Below are positions 47,786 through 57,035 of a stretch of 64,000 nt of DNA, one piece after another. Within the stretch, counting starts at the first letter, position 1. Every line of letters starts with the position of its first letter. A program made the translations under genes and the position numbers. This DNA is from an uncultured Clostridia bacterium. Its GTDB lineage: Bacteria; Bacillota; Clostridia; Christensenellales; Borkfalkiaceae. Under the pieces are notes generated by a model. That model was not told the DNA's origin, searched no databases, and worked only from the letters and a program-made list of their open reading frames with translations. The stretch lies in NCBI GenBank assembly GCA_947589385.1, contig CANPZW010000003.1:50878-114877 (forward strand), given 5' to 3'.

Positions 47786-49593
47786 AGATTGTTTTCCAGA
47801 TATTCCTTGATGTTTTTAGCTATGGCGGGACTGATGCCCTCACATTCCGAAAGTTCAGCCTCGGTTGCATTCAGAATTTTGTCCAAAGTGCCGAATTTTT
47901 CCATAAGCGCCGCCCGTCTTACCTTTCCGACGCCCGCTATTTCGGACAAAACCGAGCTTAAATTCCGTTTTGAATGAAGATTTCTGAAATAAGTTATGGC
48001 GAATCTGTGCGCTTCGTCGCGTATCCGCTGCAACATTTTAAGCGAATAATCCCTGTGGGAGATTTTGACGCTTTCGTCGGAATACAGCGTGAAAACCTCT
48101 TCCTCGCGCTTGGCAAGCGAAATAAGTTCTATCCCTTCGATTCCTTTATCCGCAAAAATTTCATTTACCGCGGAAAGCTGTCCTTTGCCGCCGTCGATAA
48201 TTATCAGGTTGGGCTTGGGAAATTTTTCCTCTTCGTCCGTACCCAACTTATCCAGCCGCCTTGAAAGCACTTCTTGAAGCGAAGCAAAATCGTTTGCGCC
48301 CTCTACGGTTTTTATTTTAAATCTCCTATAACTGTTTCTGTCCGCTTCGCCGTCGATAAAAACGACCATCGAACCGACTTTATCCACGCCGCTGATATTT
48401 GAAATATCGTAACATTCCATTCTGCGCGGGTAGCTTTTGAGTTTAAGGATTTCCTGCAAACGCTTGCAGGCGTTCACGGTCATATCGTCTTTGTGACGGA
48501 TTTTATCAACCGATTTTTCAAGATATTCTGCGGCGTTCTGCTTTGCCATCTGCAAAAGTTTGAATTTATCCCCTTGTTTCGCCAAAGTCACTTCAACTGA
48601 TTTGCCGAATTTTTCCTTGAAATAGCTCTGTATAAGTTCCTTTTCGCAAAATTCTTCGACAATTATTTCGGAAGGCACTTCGTGGTGGGAATAATATTGC
48701 GCGATAAAGCTGGTCACCGCCTCTCCGTCGGAAATGTGCGCTTCATCCAAAGCAAAACTGCTGCCGCCCTGCATAATCCCCTTTCGCGTGATTAAAATAT
48801 TGACCGCCGAATACAGGTCGTTTGTGGCATAGGCTATAATATCGGCGTCAATCGCCTTATTAAGCGACGGCAGACGTTTAGCTTCGAGCTTGGAAAGCAT
48901 GGACAGTTTGTTTTTGTAGTCGAGCGCCAACTCGAAATTTTCGCTTTCTGCGGCAGAAAGCATCTTGGAATTGAGTAATTCCTCGGCTTCTTTAAGGTTT
49001 CCGTCCAAAAAATTCAAAGCCTTTTTAACCTGTACGGCGTATTCCTCTTTTGAAATTTTTCCCGCGCAAGGCGCCGTGCAGCGCCCGATATGATAATTAA
49101 GACATTCGCGCTTGGGCTTTGAATTGATTGCCGTATGGCACAGCCGCACGCAAAATGTAAGTTGTAGCGTATCTAAAATATCGTTGCAGTTTATGCCGCC
49201 CATAAAAGGTCCGAAATATCTGCAACCGTCCTTTTTTATTCTTCTCGTTATATAAAAATTCGGGAAATCTTCCCTTAAATCCGCTTTAATATACGGATAA
49301 GTCTTGTCGTCCTTTAAAAGAATGTTGTATTTGGGCTTGTATTTTTTTATCAGGTTGTTTTCAAGCGCCAGCGCGTCGATTTCCGACGACGTGATAATAT
49401 AGTTGAAATCGGCAATATTTTCAACCATTTTCGAAACTTTTTCCGGTTTTGGGCTGTTGTGGAAATACTGCCTTACCCTATTTTTCAGAACCCTCGCCTT
49501 CCCCACGTAAATAACGTTGGAATTGCTGTCAAGCATTATATATACTCCGGGATTGTCCGGCAGAAGTTTAAGCTTTTCCTTGATTACGTCCAT
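47782..49593 (-). CDS. uvrC: Excinuclease ABC subunit C
   Basis: GIY-YIG (GVYIMLD..VIYVGKA), UVR domain, RNase H-like and HhH C-terminus. Confidence 0.96.
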   Translation of the reverse strand: MDVIKEKLKLLPDNPGVYIMLDSNSNVIYVGKARVLKNRVRQYFHNSPKPEKVSKMVENIADFNYIITSSEIDALALENNLIKKYKPKYNILLKDDKTYPYIKADLREDFPNFYITRRIKKDGCRYFGPFMGGINCNDILDTLQLTFCVRLCHTAINSKPKRECLNYHIGRCTAPCAGKISKEEYAVQVKKALNFLDGNLKEAEELLNSKMLSAAESENFELALDYKNKLSMLSKLEAKRLPSLNKAIDADIIAYATNDLYSAVNILITRKGIMQGGSSFALDEAHISDGEAVTSFIAQYYSHHEVPSEIIVEEFCEKELIQSYFKEKFGKSVEVTLAKQGDKFKLLQMAKQNAAEYLEKSVDKIRHKDDMTVNACKRLQEILKLKSYPRRMECYDISNISGVDKVGSMVVFIDGEADRNSYRRFKIKTVEGANDFASLQEVLSRRLDKLGTDEEEKFPKPNLIIIDGGKGQLSAVNEIFADKGIEGIELISLAKREEEVFTLYSDESVKISHRDYSLKMLQRIRDEAHRFAITYFRNLHSKRNLSSVLSEIAGVGKVRRAALMEKFGTLDKILNATEAELSECEGISPAIAKNIKEYLENNL

Positions 49594-49640
49594 ATTACCG
49601 ATATTATTTTACCACAACCATGAATGTTTTGCAATTCCCT

Positions 49641-49684
49641 AAACTAAAAGAACCCGCCTTTTGAAAAAAATTTACGGCAGGTTC
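49641..49684 (-). terminator. Intrinsic terminator after the repeat lipoprotein gene
   Basis: GAACCTGCC-n17-GGCGGGTTC (one G-U pair) followed by TTTTAGTTT on the minus strand. Confidence 0.6.
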
Positions 49685-49690
49685 GCATAT

Positions 49691-51793
49691 TTAATTTTTG
49701 TGTACGCCCGCAAGCGCTTGGAGCGCCTCCTTTAACTCCTGCGGGCTGTTCATTACCTCTACCGCCGATTTATGAAAATACTCGTCATAGTAGAAAACTT
49801 TGTTATCGGTATCAAAAAATTCATATGCAGACGGAAATTTATCCTCCCGCGATTCGGCTGAAAAAATCCCGCTATCCGGAAGGTCGGCGCAATTTTCAAA
49901 AAGACAATTCCAGATTTTGACAAATGAATTTTCAAGCCGTAACGGCGAAATCCGGCAATCGCTAAAAAGACAATTTTCCATGAACGTGGAAGTTTTTACG
50001 CTTAAACAAAGCGGACTTTCATAATTATCCGCGGCAAGAAACAAATCGTTGTAAAGGTGCAGATTGATATTCCCTTCCGCCGAACTTACGGAGTTTTTGT
50101 AAATATTATGGTGCGACGTGAAAAATTCGGGCGAGCCGACGGCATTTTCAATTTTTTCCGCAAGACGACATTCAAAGATGTTATACGAAAGAGTAACAAA
50201 ATCTGCATTTTGAAAATGCAAAGCATAATTCTTTTCTGTATTTCCGTCTGCTTCGCCCATAAATTCGTTGTTATGAACCCATATGCGGGAATTTTCTCCT
50301 AAAAACCCGCATGCCGCGCTTTTATACCCCGAAAAAGTTAAATTTCTTATTTCCAGACTGCTGCAATCTTTGAATTTTAAATTGCCGACGATTTCGGCGT
50401 TATCGCCTAAGCCCTCGATAGTAATATCGCTTGCACCCGCCAAAGTCAGGTTTTCAACCGCAATTCTGCCTGTTATCCTGACGATTAGCGGAACTCCGTT
50501 AAACTTTTCCGCAGCTCTGAAAATATTTTCTATACCTTTATATACGCTTTTATCGATTTCGAGCTGAACGGAATTTTTTGTTGGTTCGGAAACATAAATA
50601 ATTTTTGAATTTTCTTTCGGCGTTCCGTCGGCGGAATATGCGCCGAAGCCATTGACCTTGTAATTGTAGTGCGCATAACCCGAACGGTCGAAAGAAGTTA
50701 CCGAAATTTCCGAAACTCCGGCAGACTTACCGCGGGCGAAGACCCTGACGTCGTAATTGCCCGCCGCAATCCCCAAAATATCTATGCGCACAAAATCGCC
50801 GCATAAACGTAATAATTCTTTGTCGGCCGCTTTCCATTCCGAAAGACTATCCGCACGGCGGTATTCGGCAGAATATTCGGAAATATCCGAATTCGGCAGA
50901 GCCGCGACCTCTACGAAAGCTCCTTCTTCATAGCCTGCGGAACGAAGAATTTTCAAGGTATCTTCTTCCTTTTTCTCCCATTTCGCATAGAGATTTAAAT
51001 CGCCGGAAAAAGTTTCGCTGATTTCAAGCAGTGCGTTGCCGTAAAATTTCTCATTATCAAACCAGCCGCAAAAGACATATCCGTCATAGACGGGAACGGG
51101 CAATTTAAGCACTTCGCCTTTGACGTATTCTATGGGGAAATCTCCTGCGAAAGCTCCGCCGTTCAAATTGTAGTTGATTTTAAATCTTTCGGCTTCGTCG
51201 GGAATGGTTATCCATTTGGCGTAAAAAATTTTGTCGCCCGAAGAATCTTCTGTAATTTCCGTAACTCTTTCGCCGTTAAATTCAATATTATCGTACCACC
51301 CGCCGAAAATATATCCGAATTTATAGGGCTCGGGCAGAACAACCTTTTTCCCGGCGGCGTAGCTTTCGGGAACTTCGCCGTCGATAGAACCGCCGTAGAG
51401 TATAAGAATAATTTTAAATATTTCGGGGGTCTTAGGCTCGGAAGTATCCTTTTCTTCCCATTTTGCCCAAAAAAACTTATCGCAGTTCGCGTATTCCCCT
51501 TCGAGTATTATATACTTTGCCCCGTCGAAATCAGCATTGTCATACCAGCCCCCGAAATTATATCCCTCTCTTTCGGGAACGGGAAGTTCCACGCTTTCGC
51601 CGGCATAAAATTCTTTGGGAAACTCGCCTTGAAATGAGCCGCCGTTTAAGTAGAACGTTATACTGTATTTTGTCTGTTGCTGCGGTCCGCCTGCGCCGTT
51701 ATCCTTGTCGGGATTATAACACGCACTGCCGAAAATCAAAAATACCGCCGCAAAAGCCGCAAAAAATTTGAAAACCGAACTGCGGAACTTCAT
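49691..51793 (-). CDS. Lipoprotein with three Listeria-Bacteroides (InlB B-repeat/Flg_new-type) repeats and a C-terminal beta-helix-like region
   Basis: Lipobox is IFGSAC. Three copies of the ~70-aa unit (..Y.I.F.LNGG....P..Y..G..V.LP.P.R.GY.F.GW(Y/F)DN..F.G..). The C-terminal ~330 aa have repetitive N/G-turn beta-helix character. Confidence 0.75.
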   Translation of the reverse strand: MKFRSSVFKFFAAFAAVFLIFGSACYNPDKDNGAGGPQQQTKYSITFYLNGGSFQGEFPKEFYAGESVELPVPEREGYNFGGWYDNADFDGAKYIILEGEYANCDKFFWAKWEEKDTSEPKTPEIFKIILILYGGSIDGEVPESYAAGKKVVLPEPYKFGYIFGGWYDNIEFNGERVTEITEDSSGDKIFYAKWITIPDEAERFKINYNLNGGAFAGDFPIEYVKGEVLKLPVPVYDGYVFCGWFDNEKFYGNALLEISETFSGDLNLYAKWEKKEEDTLKILRSAGYEEGAFVEVAALPNSDISEYSAEYRRADSLSEWKAADKELLRLCGDFVRIDILGIAAGNYDVRVFARGKSAGVSEISVTSFDRSGYAHYNYKVNGFGAYSADGTPKENSKIIYVSEPTKNSVQLEIDKSVYKGIENIFRAAEKFNGVPLIVRITGRIAVENLTLAGASDITIEGLGDNAEIVGNLKFKDCSSLEIRNLTFSGYKSAACGFLGENSRIWVHNNEFMGEADGNTEKNYALHFQNADFVTLSYNIFECRLAEKIENAVGSPEFFTSHHNIYKNSVSSAEGNINLHLYNDLFLAADNYESPLCLSVKTSTFMENCLFSDCRISPLRLENSFVKIWNCLFENCADLPDSGIFSAESREDKFPSAYEFFDTDNKVFYYDEYFHKSAVEVMNSPQELKEALQALAGVHKN

Positions 51794-51880
51794 ATTTTTG
51801 CCTCAAAATGCCATATTTTACCAAAAATATAACATTATTCGACAAAAAACGCAACTGTTTGAAAAAAGTTTCACAATTTA

Positions 51881-51908
51881 AAAACGGGAGCCAACTGACT
51901 CCCGTTTT
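51881..51908 (-). terminator. Intrinsic terminator of the arsR-family gene
   Basis: AAAACGGGAG-n8-CTCCCGTTTT directly after the stop codon. Confidence 0.75.
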
Positions 51909-52247
51909 TCAATATCCCAAAAATTCTACACCCTTTAACATTACGTCGTTGACGAGGTCGTTTACAAGGGAATAAAAAATTATCTTGCCGTTCCGCTCGC
52001 ATTTTACGATTCCAAGGTTTTTCAAAAGCCGAAGCTGGTGTGAAACCGTCGTTTGGTTGATACTCAAAACGCGCGAAAGGTCTGTTACGCACATTGCGGA
52101 AATCGCAAGCGCGGATAACATTCTAACCCGAGTATGGTCGGCAAATATAGAAAAAAAGCATACTATGCTGTCGAGAACGTCGCCCTCGGGAACATACTCG
52201 CGCACCAAATCCTTAGTACGTCTGTCTAAAAGCATTGTGTCCTGCAC
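51909..52247 (-). CDS. ArsR/SmtB-family metalloregulator
   Basis: The HTH is FADHTRVRMLSAL..MCVTDLS..NQTTVSHQLRLLK. GTG start after GGAGGTG. Confidence 0.88.
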   Translation of the reverse strand: MQDTMLLDRRTKDLVREYVPEGDVLDSIVCFFSIFADHTRVRMLSALAISAMCVTDLSRVLSINQTTVSHQLRLLKNLGIVKCERNGKIIFYSLVNDLVNDVMLKGVEFLGY

Positions 52248-52338
52248 AGGTCCACCTCCGCTTTTAATTATAATGCCCTGTATGCAAATATGTCAAAGCG
52301 TTATATTAACGTATATTGTCACAAAATGATTTTGTTTG

Positions 52339-52554
52339 TCACTTCGTTTCAATGTTCGTCACTGAGTAACCCGCATCGGTCACAAGCGACCTTATTTCCT
52401 CATCGGAAACTTCCTCGCGACTGCGGATTACTGCGGTTTTTTTCTTGAATTTGACGTCAACCGAAACAGCGTTTTTCGCCGTCGAAAGTTTATCCTCAAC
52501 GCGTTTCGCGCAGCGCTCGCAACACATTCCGTCTATTGTCACGATTTTCTTCAT
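52339..52554 (-). CDS. copZ: Heavy-metal-associated (HMA) domain metallochaperone, CopZ-like
   Basis: GMCCERC (MxCxxC) motif. Length is 71 aa. Confidence 0.85.
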   Translation of the reverse strand: MKKIVTIDGMCCERCAKRVEDKLSTAKNAVSVDVKFKKKTAVIRSREEVSDEEIRSLVTDAGYSVTNIETK

Positions 52555-52633
52555 ATATTCTCCATAAAAATAAGTATAAGCCCCAATTCCCGCGTCTGCG
52601 GGAATCAGGGCAGCATAATTTAATTAAAATTTT

Positions 52634-53656
52634 TTACTCGCCGTGGATTTTTTCAAAGAAATTGTTCTTTTTCAGCTCGGTTTCGATATCTTTATCCTCT
52701 CCGAGCGCAAGCATAACCTTTATCACGGTCATTTCAAAACTCGTATCATATGCGAGTATGCACTTGTCTTTCAATTCGAACGCGCTGGCATAGACCCTCG
52801 CCTTGCTATCGACGGGCGACAAAATAACGCTTATGCCCAGCTTTCCGCAATAGTCTATGAATTTAAGGACGTTCGTTTCCTCTCCCGCCGTGCAAATCGT
52901 TCCGCTGTGATACAGTTCGATAATAACCGCGCGGGGTTTTTTCTGTCCAAAGTTATAATAGCTGAAATCGAGGAATGAACGTGCCCTTATTGTGACGATG
53001 TCCTTGCAAAGCGAATACCTGCCATAGGGCTGGCGGGGCTTAGAAATCTCCTCTTTTTTGGGGAGATAAGGGCTTTCGGAATAGACGAATTTACCATCTA
53101 CCAACTCGCAAAGCGGCGCGCCCATGACGCTTGAAAAGTTGCCGCTTATCTGTTCGGCGACGGTTATTCTGCTTGCAAGGTGGATTTGCAGATTTTCGTT
53201 ATCGTTGGTAAAGGAAACGAAAACTCCGCTCAACCCCTCGTTTTCTATGAACGAAACCGCGCCGGCAAAATTCTCAACGCCCTTACTGCGGCCGTCGTTC
53301 AAAGGATAAAGCGCCGAAACGAATACTACGGGAATAGGCACGTCGCAGAAAATTTGGCTGAAAAGCGTCGCGGTAAAACTAAGCGTATCCGTGCCGTGCG
53401 TTAGAATTATGCCGTCGTACTTGGACTTATTTACCGCGCGCAGGCATGCAGCCATGGCGTCGAGGTCGGTAAACTGTATATTCTCGCTGAGAATATCAAG
53501 GGGACGCAAGACGTCGAATTTCACGTCGCCGCCATAGCGTTTTTTATATTCTTCTATCAACGCGGCTTTGTTTTCAACCGTAAGATCGACCGTATTGCCG
53601 CTGGCGTACGAACCTATCGTTCCGCCCGTAAATATAACGCAAATTTTATTTTTCAT
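52634..53656 (-). CDS. ansA: L-asparaginase, type I family
   Basis: VIFTGGTIGS and THGTDTL catalytic threonine motifs. Confidence 0.88.
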   Translation of the reverse strand: MKNKICVIFTGGTIGSYASGNTVDLTVENKAALIEEYKKRYGGDVKFDVLRPLDILSENIQFTDLDAMAACLRAVNKSKYDGIILTHGTDTLSFTATLFSQIFCDVPIPVVFVSALYPLNDGRSKGVENFAGAVSFIENEGLSGVFVSFTNDNENLQIHLASRITVAEQISGNFSSVMGAPLCELVDGKFVYSESPYLPKKEEISKPRQPYGRYSLCKDIVTIRARSFLDFSYYNFGQKKPRAVIIELYHSGTICTAGEETNVLKFIDYCGKLGISVILSPVDSKARVYASAFELKDKCILAYDTSFEMTVIKVMLALGEDKDIETELKKNNFFEKIHGE

Positions 53657-53667
53657 ATCGTAAAACC

Positions 53668-55044
53668 TTAAAGGCTACCTACCGTTCTGGGGAACAAAAG
53701 CGTATCCCTTATATTCTGCACGCCCGTGACGTACATCATAATTCTTTCAAGTCCGAGACCGAACCCGCTGTGCGGAACAGACCCGAATTTACGCAAATCC
53801 AAATACTCGCCGTACGCTTCGAGAGGCATATTGCGAATCTTCATAGCGTTTACAAGCTTGTTAAGGTCAGCTTCGCGTTCGCTGCAACCTATTATTTCTC
53901 CTATGCCCGGCACAAGTAGGTCTGTCGCGGCTACGGTCTTTCCGTCGGGATTTTGCTTCATATAGAACGACTTGATTTCCGCGGGATAATCTACGACGAA
54001 AACGGGCTTTTTAAAGTATTCTTCGGTCAGATACCTTTCATGTTCTGTCTGTAAGTCGCAACCCCAATTAACGGGGAACTTAAATTCCCTGCCCGACTTT
54101 TTAAGAATTTCAACGGCCTCCGTATAGGTAACCTTGGCAAAATCACTGGAAATTACGTGATTAAGTTTATCAATAAGTCCTTTTTCCACGCGCTCGTCGA
54201 AGTATGCAAGCTCCTCCGAGCAATGTTCGAGAACATATTTTATTATATATTTGATAAATTCTTCGGCAATTTCGATAATATCGTGAATGTCGGCGAAGCT
54301 GACTTCCGGCTCAATCTGCCAAAATTCCGCGGCGTGCCTTGTCGTGTTGCTATGCTCCGCACGGAATGTGGGTCCAAAAGTATAAATCTTCCCCAGCCCC
54401 ATTGCCGCCATTTCACCTTCGAGCTGACCCGAAACGGTCAAATTCGCCCGCCTGCCGAAAAAGTCCTGCGCGAAATATTCCTGCTCAGTTTTACTGCCCA
54501 GATTCCACGGCATTGTGGTAACCCTGAACATCTCGCCCGCGCCTTCGCAGTCGCTGCCCGTAATTATGGGAGTATGCACATATTTATAGCCGTGTTCCTG
54601 AAAATAATTGTGAATCGCAAAAGAAAGCTTGTTGCGGACGGCAAAAACAGCCTCGAAATACTTCGTGCGCGGTCTTAAATGAGGAATCGTACGCAAAAAT
54701 TCAAGCGTATGATGTTTCTTTTGCAGGGGATAATCCTGCGGGCATCCTCCGAGAACGGTTACAGACTTGACAAGCATTTCAAAGCCGTTCCTCTCCGACG
54801 GGATAAATTCTCCCTCAACCTGCAAAGCCGCGCCGACAACAAGCGCATCCTTAAACGAATCGGCGCTCAGTTTTTCCTTGTCGAATACAAGTTGGAGATT
54901 TTTAAGGCACGTGCCGTCGTTCAGTTCTATAAAAGCAATGCTTTTGGAGTCCCGCCAGGTTCTGACCCAGCCGCAGACAGTCTGAACGGCGTTCAAATAT
55001 TTTTCGGATTTTTCGAATAATTCTTTTATATCGGTATGCTTCAT
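53668..55044 (-). CDS. asnS: Asparaginyl-tRNA synthetase
   Basis: Class IIb core (FRAEHSNTTRHAAEFWQIEPE, GFGLGLER) and an N-terminal OB fold. Confidence 0.95.
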   Translation of the reverse strand: MKHTDIKELFEKSEKYLNAVQTVCGWVRTWRDSKSIAFIELNDGTCLKNLQLVFDKEKLSADSFKDALVVGAALQVEGEFIPSERNGFEMLVKSVTVLGGCPQDYPLQKKHHTLEFLRTIPHLRPRTKYFEAVFAVRNKLSFAIHNYFQEHGYKYVHTPIITGSDCEGAGEMFRVTTMPWNLGSKTEQEYFAQDFFGRRANLTVSGQLEGEMAAMGLGKIYTFGPTFRAEHSNTTRHAAEFWQIEPEVSFADIHDIIEIAEEFIKYIIKYVLEHCSEELAYFDERVEKGLIDKLNHVISSDFAKVTYTEAVEILKKSGREFKFPVNWGCDLQTEHERYLTEEYFKKPVFVVDYPAEIKSFYMKQNPDGKTVAATDLLVPGIGEIIGCSEREADLNKLVNAMKIRNMPLEAYGEYLDLRKFGSVPHSGFGLGLERIMMYVTGVQNIRDTLLFPRTVGSL

Positions 55045-55062
55045 TTAGATTTCCTCGATTTT

Positions 55063-55095
55063 CACGAAAATACGGACTGCCCGCAGGCAGTCCGT
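55063..55095 (-). terminator. Hairpin/terminator between rpmF and asnS
   Basis: ACGGACTGCC-tgcg-GGCAGTCCGT followed by ATTTTCGTG on the minus strand. It lies only ~20 nt before the asnS SD. Confidence 0.6.
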
Positions 55096-55104
55096 AAAAA
55101 GCTT

Positions 55105-55293
55105 TTAATCCTTTTTTGCGTCTTGGGGAACTACTTCCGTTTTATCGTAGTATCCGCAGTTGCCGCAAACCCTGTGAGCCTGCATCATCTGATGGCAATG
55201 AGGGCACTCCACAAGCGTGGGAGCTTTTGCCTTGTAATTTGCAAACCTGCTGTTGGTTCTGCTTTTCGATTGTTTACCCTTGGGTACTGCCAT
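55105..55293 (-). CDS. rpmF: 50S ribosomal protein L32
   Basis: MAVPKGKQSKSR; CPHC..CGNCG zinc ribbon. ATG 55293 has correct SD spacing; the track start is an upstream TTG. Confidence 0.93.
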   Translation of the reverse strand: MAVPKGKQSKSRTNSRFANYKAKAPTLVECPHCHQMMQAHRVCGNCGYYDKTEVVPQDAKKD

Positions 55294-55309
55294 AATCAAA
55301 CACCTCTTT

Positions 55310-55717
55310 TTAATTATTAGTTACGTCAATACCCTCGCAGTCCTCCCTGCAAAGCAGTATATGGGGCTGGCTTATAAGTATTGCATCGTCAACGGCGGAT
55401 TTCAAGTTAATCTTTATTCCGTCGTAAATATAATTTTCGTCGTCTTCTTCGGCTACATATAAAATTTCCGAAGTAAAAGTTACGTCCTTTTGCGCGTCTT
55501 TAAGGCAATAAGAACACTGCCCGACTATTTTATACTCCACCGTAAGCGTGACTTCCACGCTGTCGTCGTCGCATAAAACATATTTGCCGCAAACTTTAAC
55601 CTTCCCCTCTATTCTGCACAGCGGGATAAGGCAAACATCCGCGGGCGGGTCGTAGTCGAATGTAAATTCGCCTTCGTACTTCTTTAACGCCAAAAGTTTT
55701 CTTACTTCTATTTCCAT
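55310..55717 (-). CDS. YceD/DUF177-family protein
   Basis: Conserved position immediately upstream of rpmF. CxxC..C..C C-terminal region. Length is 135 aa. Confidence 0.8.
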   Translation of the reverse strand: MEIEVRKLLALKKYEGEFTFDYDPPADVCLIPLCRIEGKVKVCGKYVLCDDDSVEVTLTVEYKIVGQCSYCLKDAQKDVTFTSEILYVAEEDDENYIYDGIKINLKSAVDDAILISQPHILLCREDCEGIDVTNN

Positions 55718-55791
55718 TCTCAGCCGACTATCAAATTATATTACAAGGGTATAGCTTTGTCAACTTGTTTTGCGGCCGATAAATATATTTT

Positions 55792-56988
55792 TTATAAAAG
55801 TTCGGCAGTTTCCCTTGCGATTACCAGCTCTTCGTTTGTGGGAATCACAAGCACCTTTACCTTGGAATTTTTTGCGGAAATTTCAAGAATTTTGCCGTTC
55901 GCTTTGGCACTGTTGGCACGTTTGTTGAATTTTACGCCGAGGAATTTCAGATTTTCGCAGACTGCTTCACGCACGGTGGGCGTATTTTCGCCGATGCCTG
56001 CCGTGAATACTATACAGTCAAGTCCGCCCATAGCCGCAGCATATGCGCCGACGTACTTCAAAGTTTGGTAAGCGAACATATCGAGGGCGAGCGTGCAGCG
56101 CTCATTGCCGGCTTCCTGCCCTGCAAGCAAATCTCTGAAATCGCTTGAAACTCCCGAAATGCCTGCGACGCCGCACTTTTTGTTAAGATAATTTATTACT
56201 TCGGCATGGGTCATGCCCTTCTTCCTTGCAAGAAATTCAACCGCCGAAGCGTCGATATCGCCCGAACGCGTACCCATAAGGATTCCCGCCAAAGGCGTGA
56301 AACCCATGGAAGTATCGATGCATTTTCCGCCGTCAACTGCCGATATGGACGAACCGTTGCCGAGGTGGCAGGTCACAATTTTAAGCTCCGAAGGGTCTTT
56401 ACCGAGGTATTTCGCGGCTTCGGAAGATACAAATTTATGGCTTGTGCCGTGGAAGCCGTACTTTCTTACGCCGTATTTTTTATAATCCTCATAATCTATG
56501 CCATAGAGATAAGCCTTTTCGGGCATGGTTGCGTGGAAAGACGTATCGAACACAAGCGCCATAGGCGTATGGGGCATAACCTCCATGCAAGCGCGCACGC
56601 CCGTCGCCGCCGCGGGATTGTGCAGGGGAGCAAGTTCGAAAGTCTTTTCTTCGAGAGTTTTCATAACTTCTTCGGTGACAAGGGTAGTCTTATTGAAGAA
56701 CTCGCCGCTGGCGACCATTCTGTGACCTACCGCGCCGATTTCGTCCATAGATTTGATAACGCCTATGCCTTTATCCTGCAACGCATGGAGCACAAGTTCA
56801 ATCGCCACCTTATGGTCGGGCATATCCTGCTCATAGACCTTTTCCTGACCGTTTCCTTTTGCTTTGAGAAGCGAGCCTTTAATACCTATTCTTTCGCAGC
56901 CGCCCTTTGCGATGACCTTTTCGGTCTCCATATCTATAAGCTGATATTTAAGTGATGAACTGCCTGCGTTTACAACGAGAATTTTCAT
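55792..56988 (-). CDS. ackA: Acetate kinase
   Basis: MKILVVNAGSSSLKYQL; HLGNGSS; FTAGIGEN. Confidence 0.97.
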   Translation of the reverse strand: MKILVVNAGSSSLKYQLIDMETEKVIAKGGCERIGIKGSLLKAKGNGQEKVYEQDMPDHKVAIELVLHALQDKGIGVIKSMDEIGAVGHRMVASGEFFNKTTLVTEEVMKTLEEKTFELAPLHNPAAATGVRACMEVMPHTPMALVFDTSFHATMPEKAYLYGIDYEDYKKYGVRKYGFHGTSHKFVSSEAAKYLGKDPSELKIVTCHLGNGSSISAVDGGKCIDTSMGFTPLAGILMGTRSGDIDASAVEFLARKKGMTHAEVINYLNKKCGVAGISGVSSDFRDLLAGQEAGNERCTLALDMFAYQTLKYVGAYAAAMGGLDCIVFTAGIGENTPTVREAVCENLKFLGVKFNKRANSAKANGKILEISAKNSKVKVLVIPTNEELVIARETAELL

Positions 56989-57035
56989 AATTTATATTCC
57001 TTATTATTTTAATAATTCGATAATTTACGGGGAAA

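Noticed and set aside
52586-52606. ATTCCCGC-gtct-GCGGGAAT hairpin after the asparaginase gene, as another member of the repeat family
   Set aside because: It shares only the generic ATTCC..GGAAT theme with module B. It is a single copy, has no flanking module sequence, and most simply is a weak terminator of the asnS-ansA transcript.
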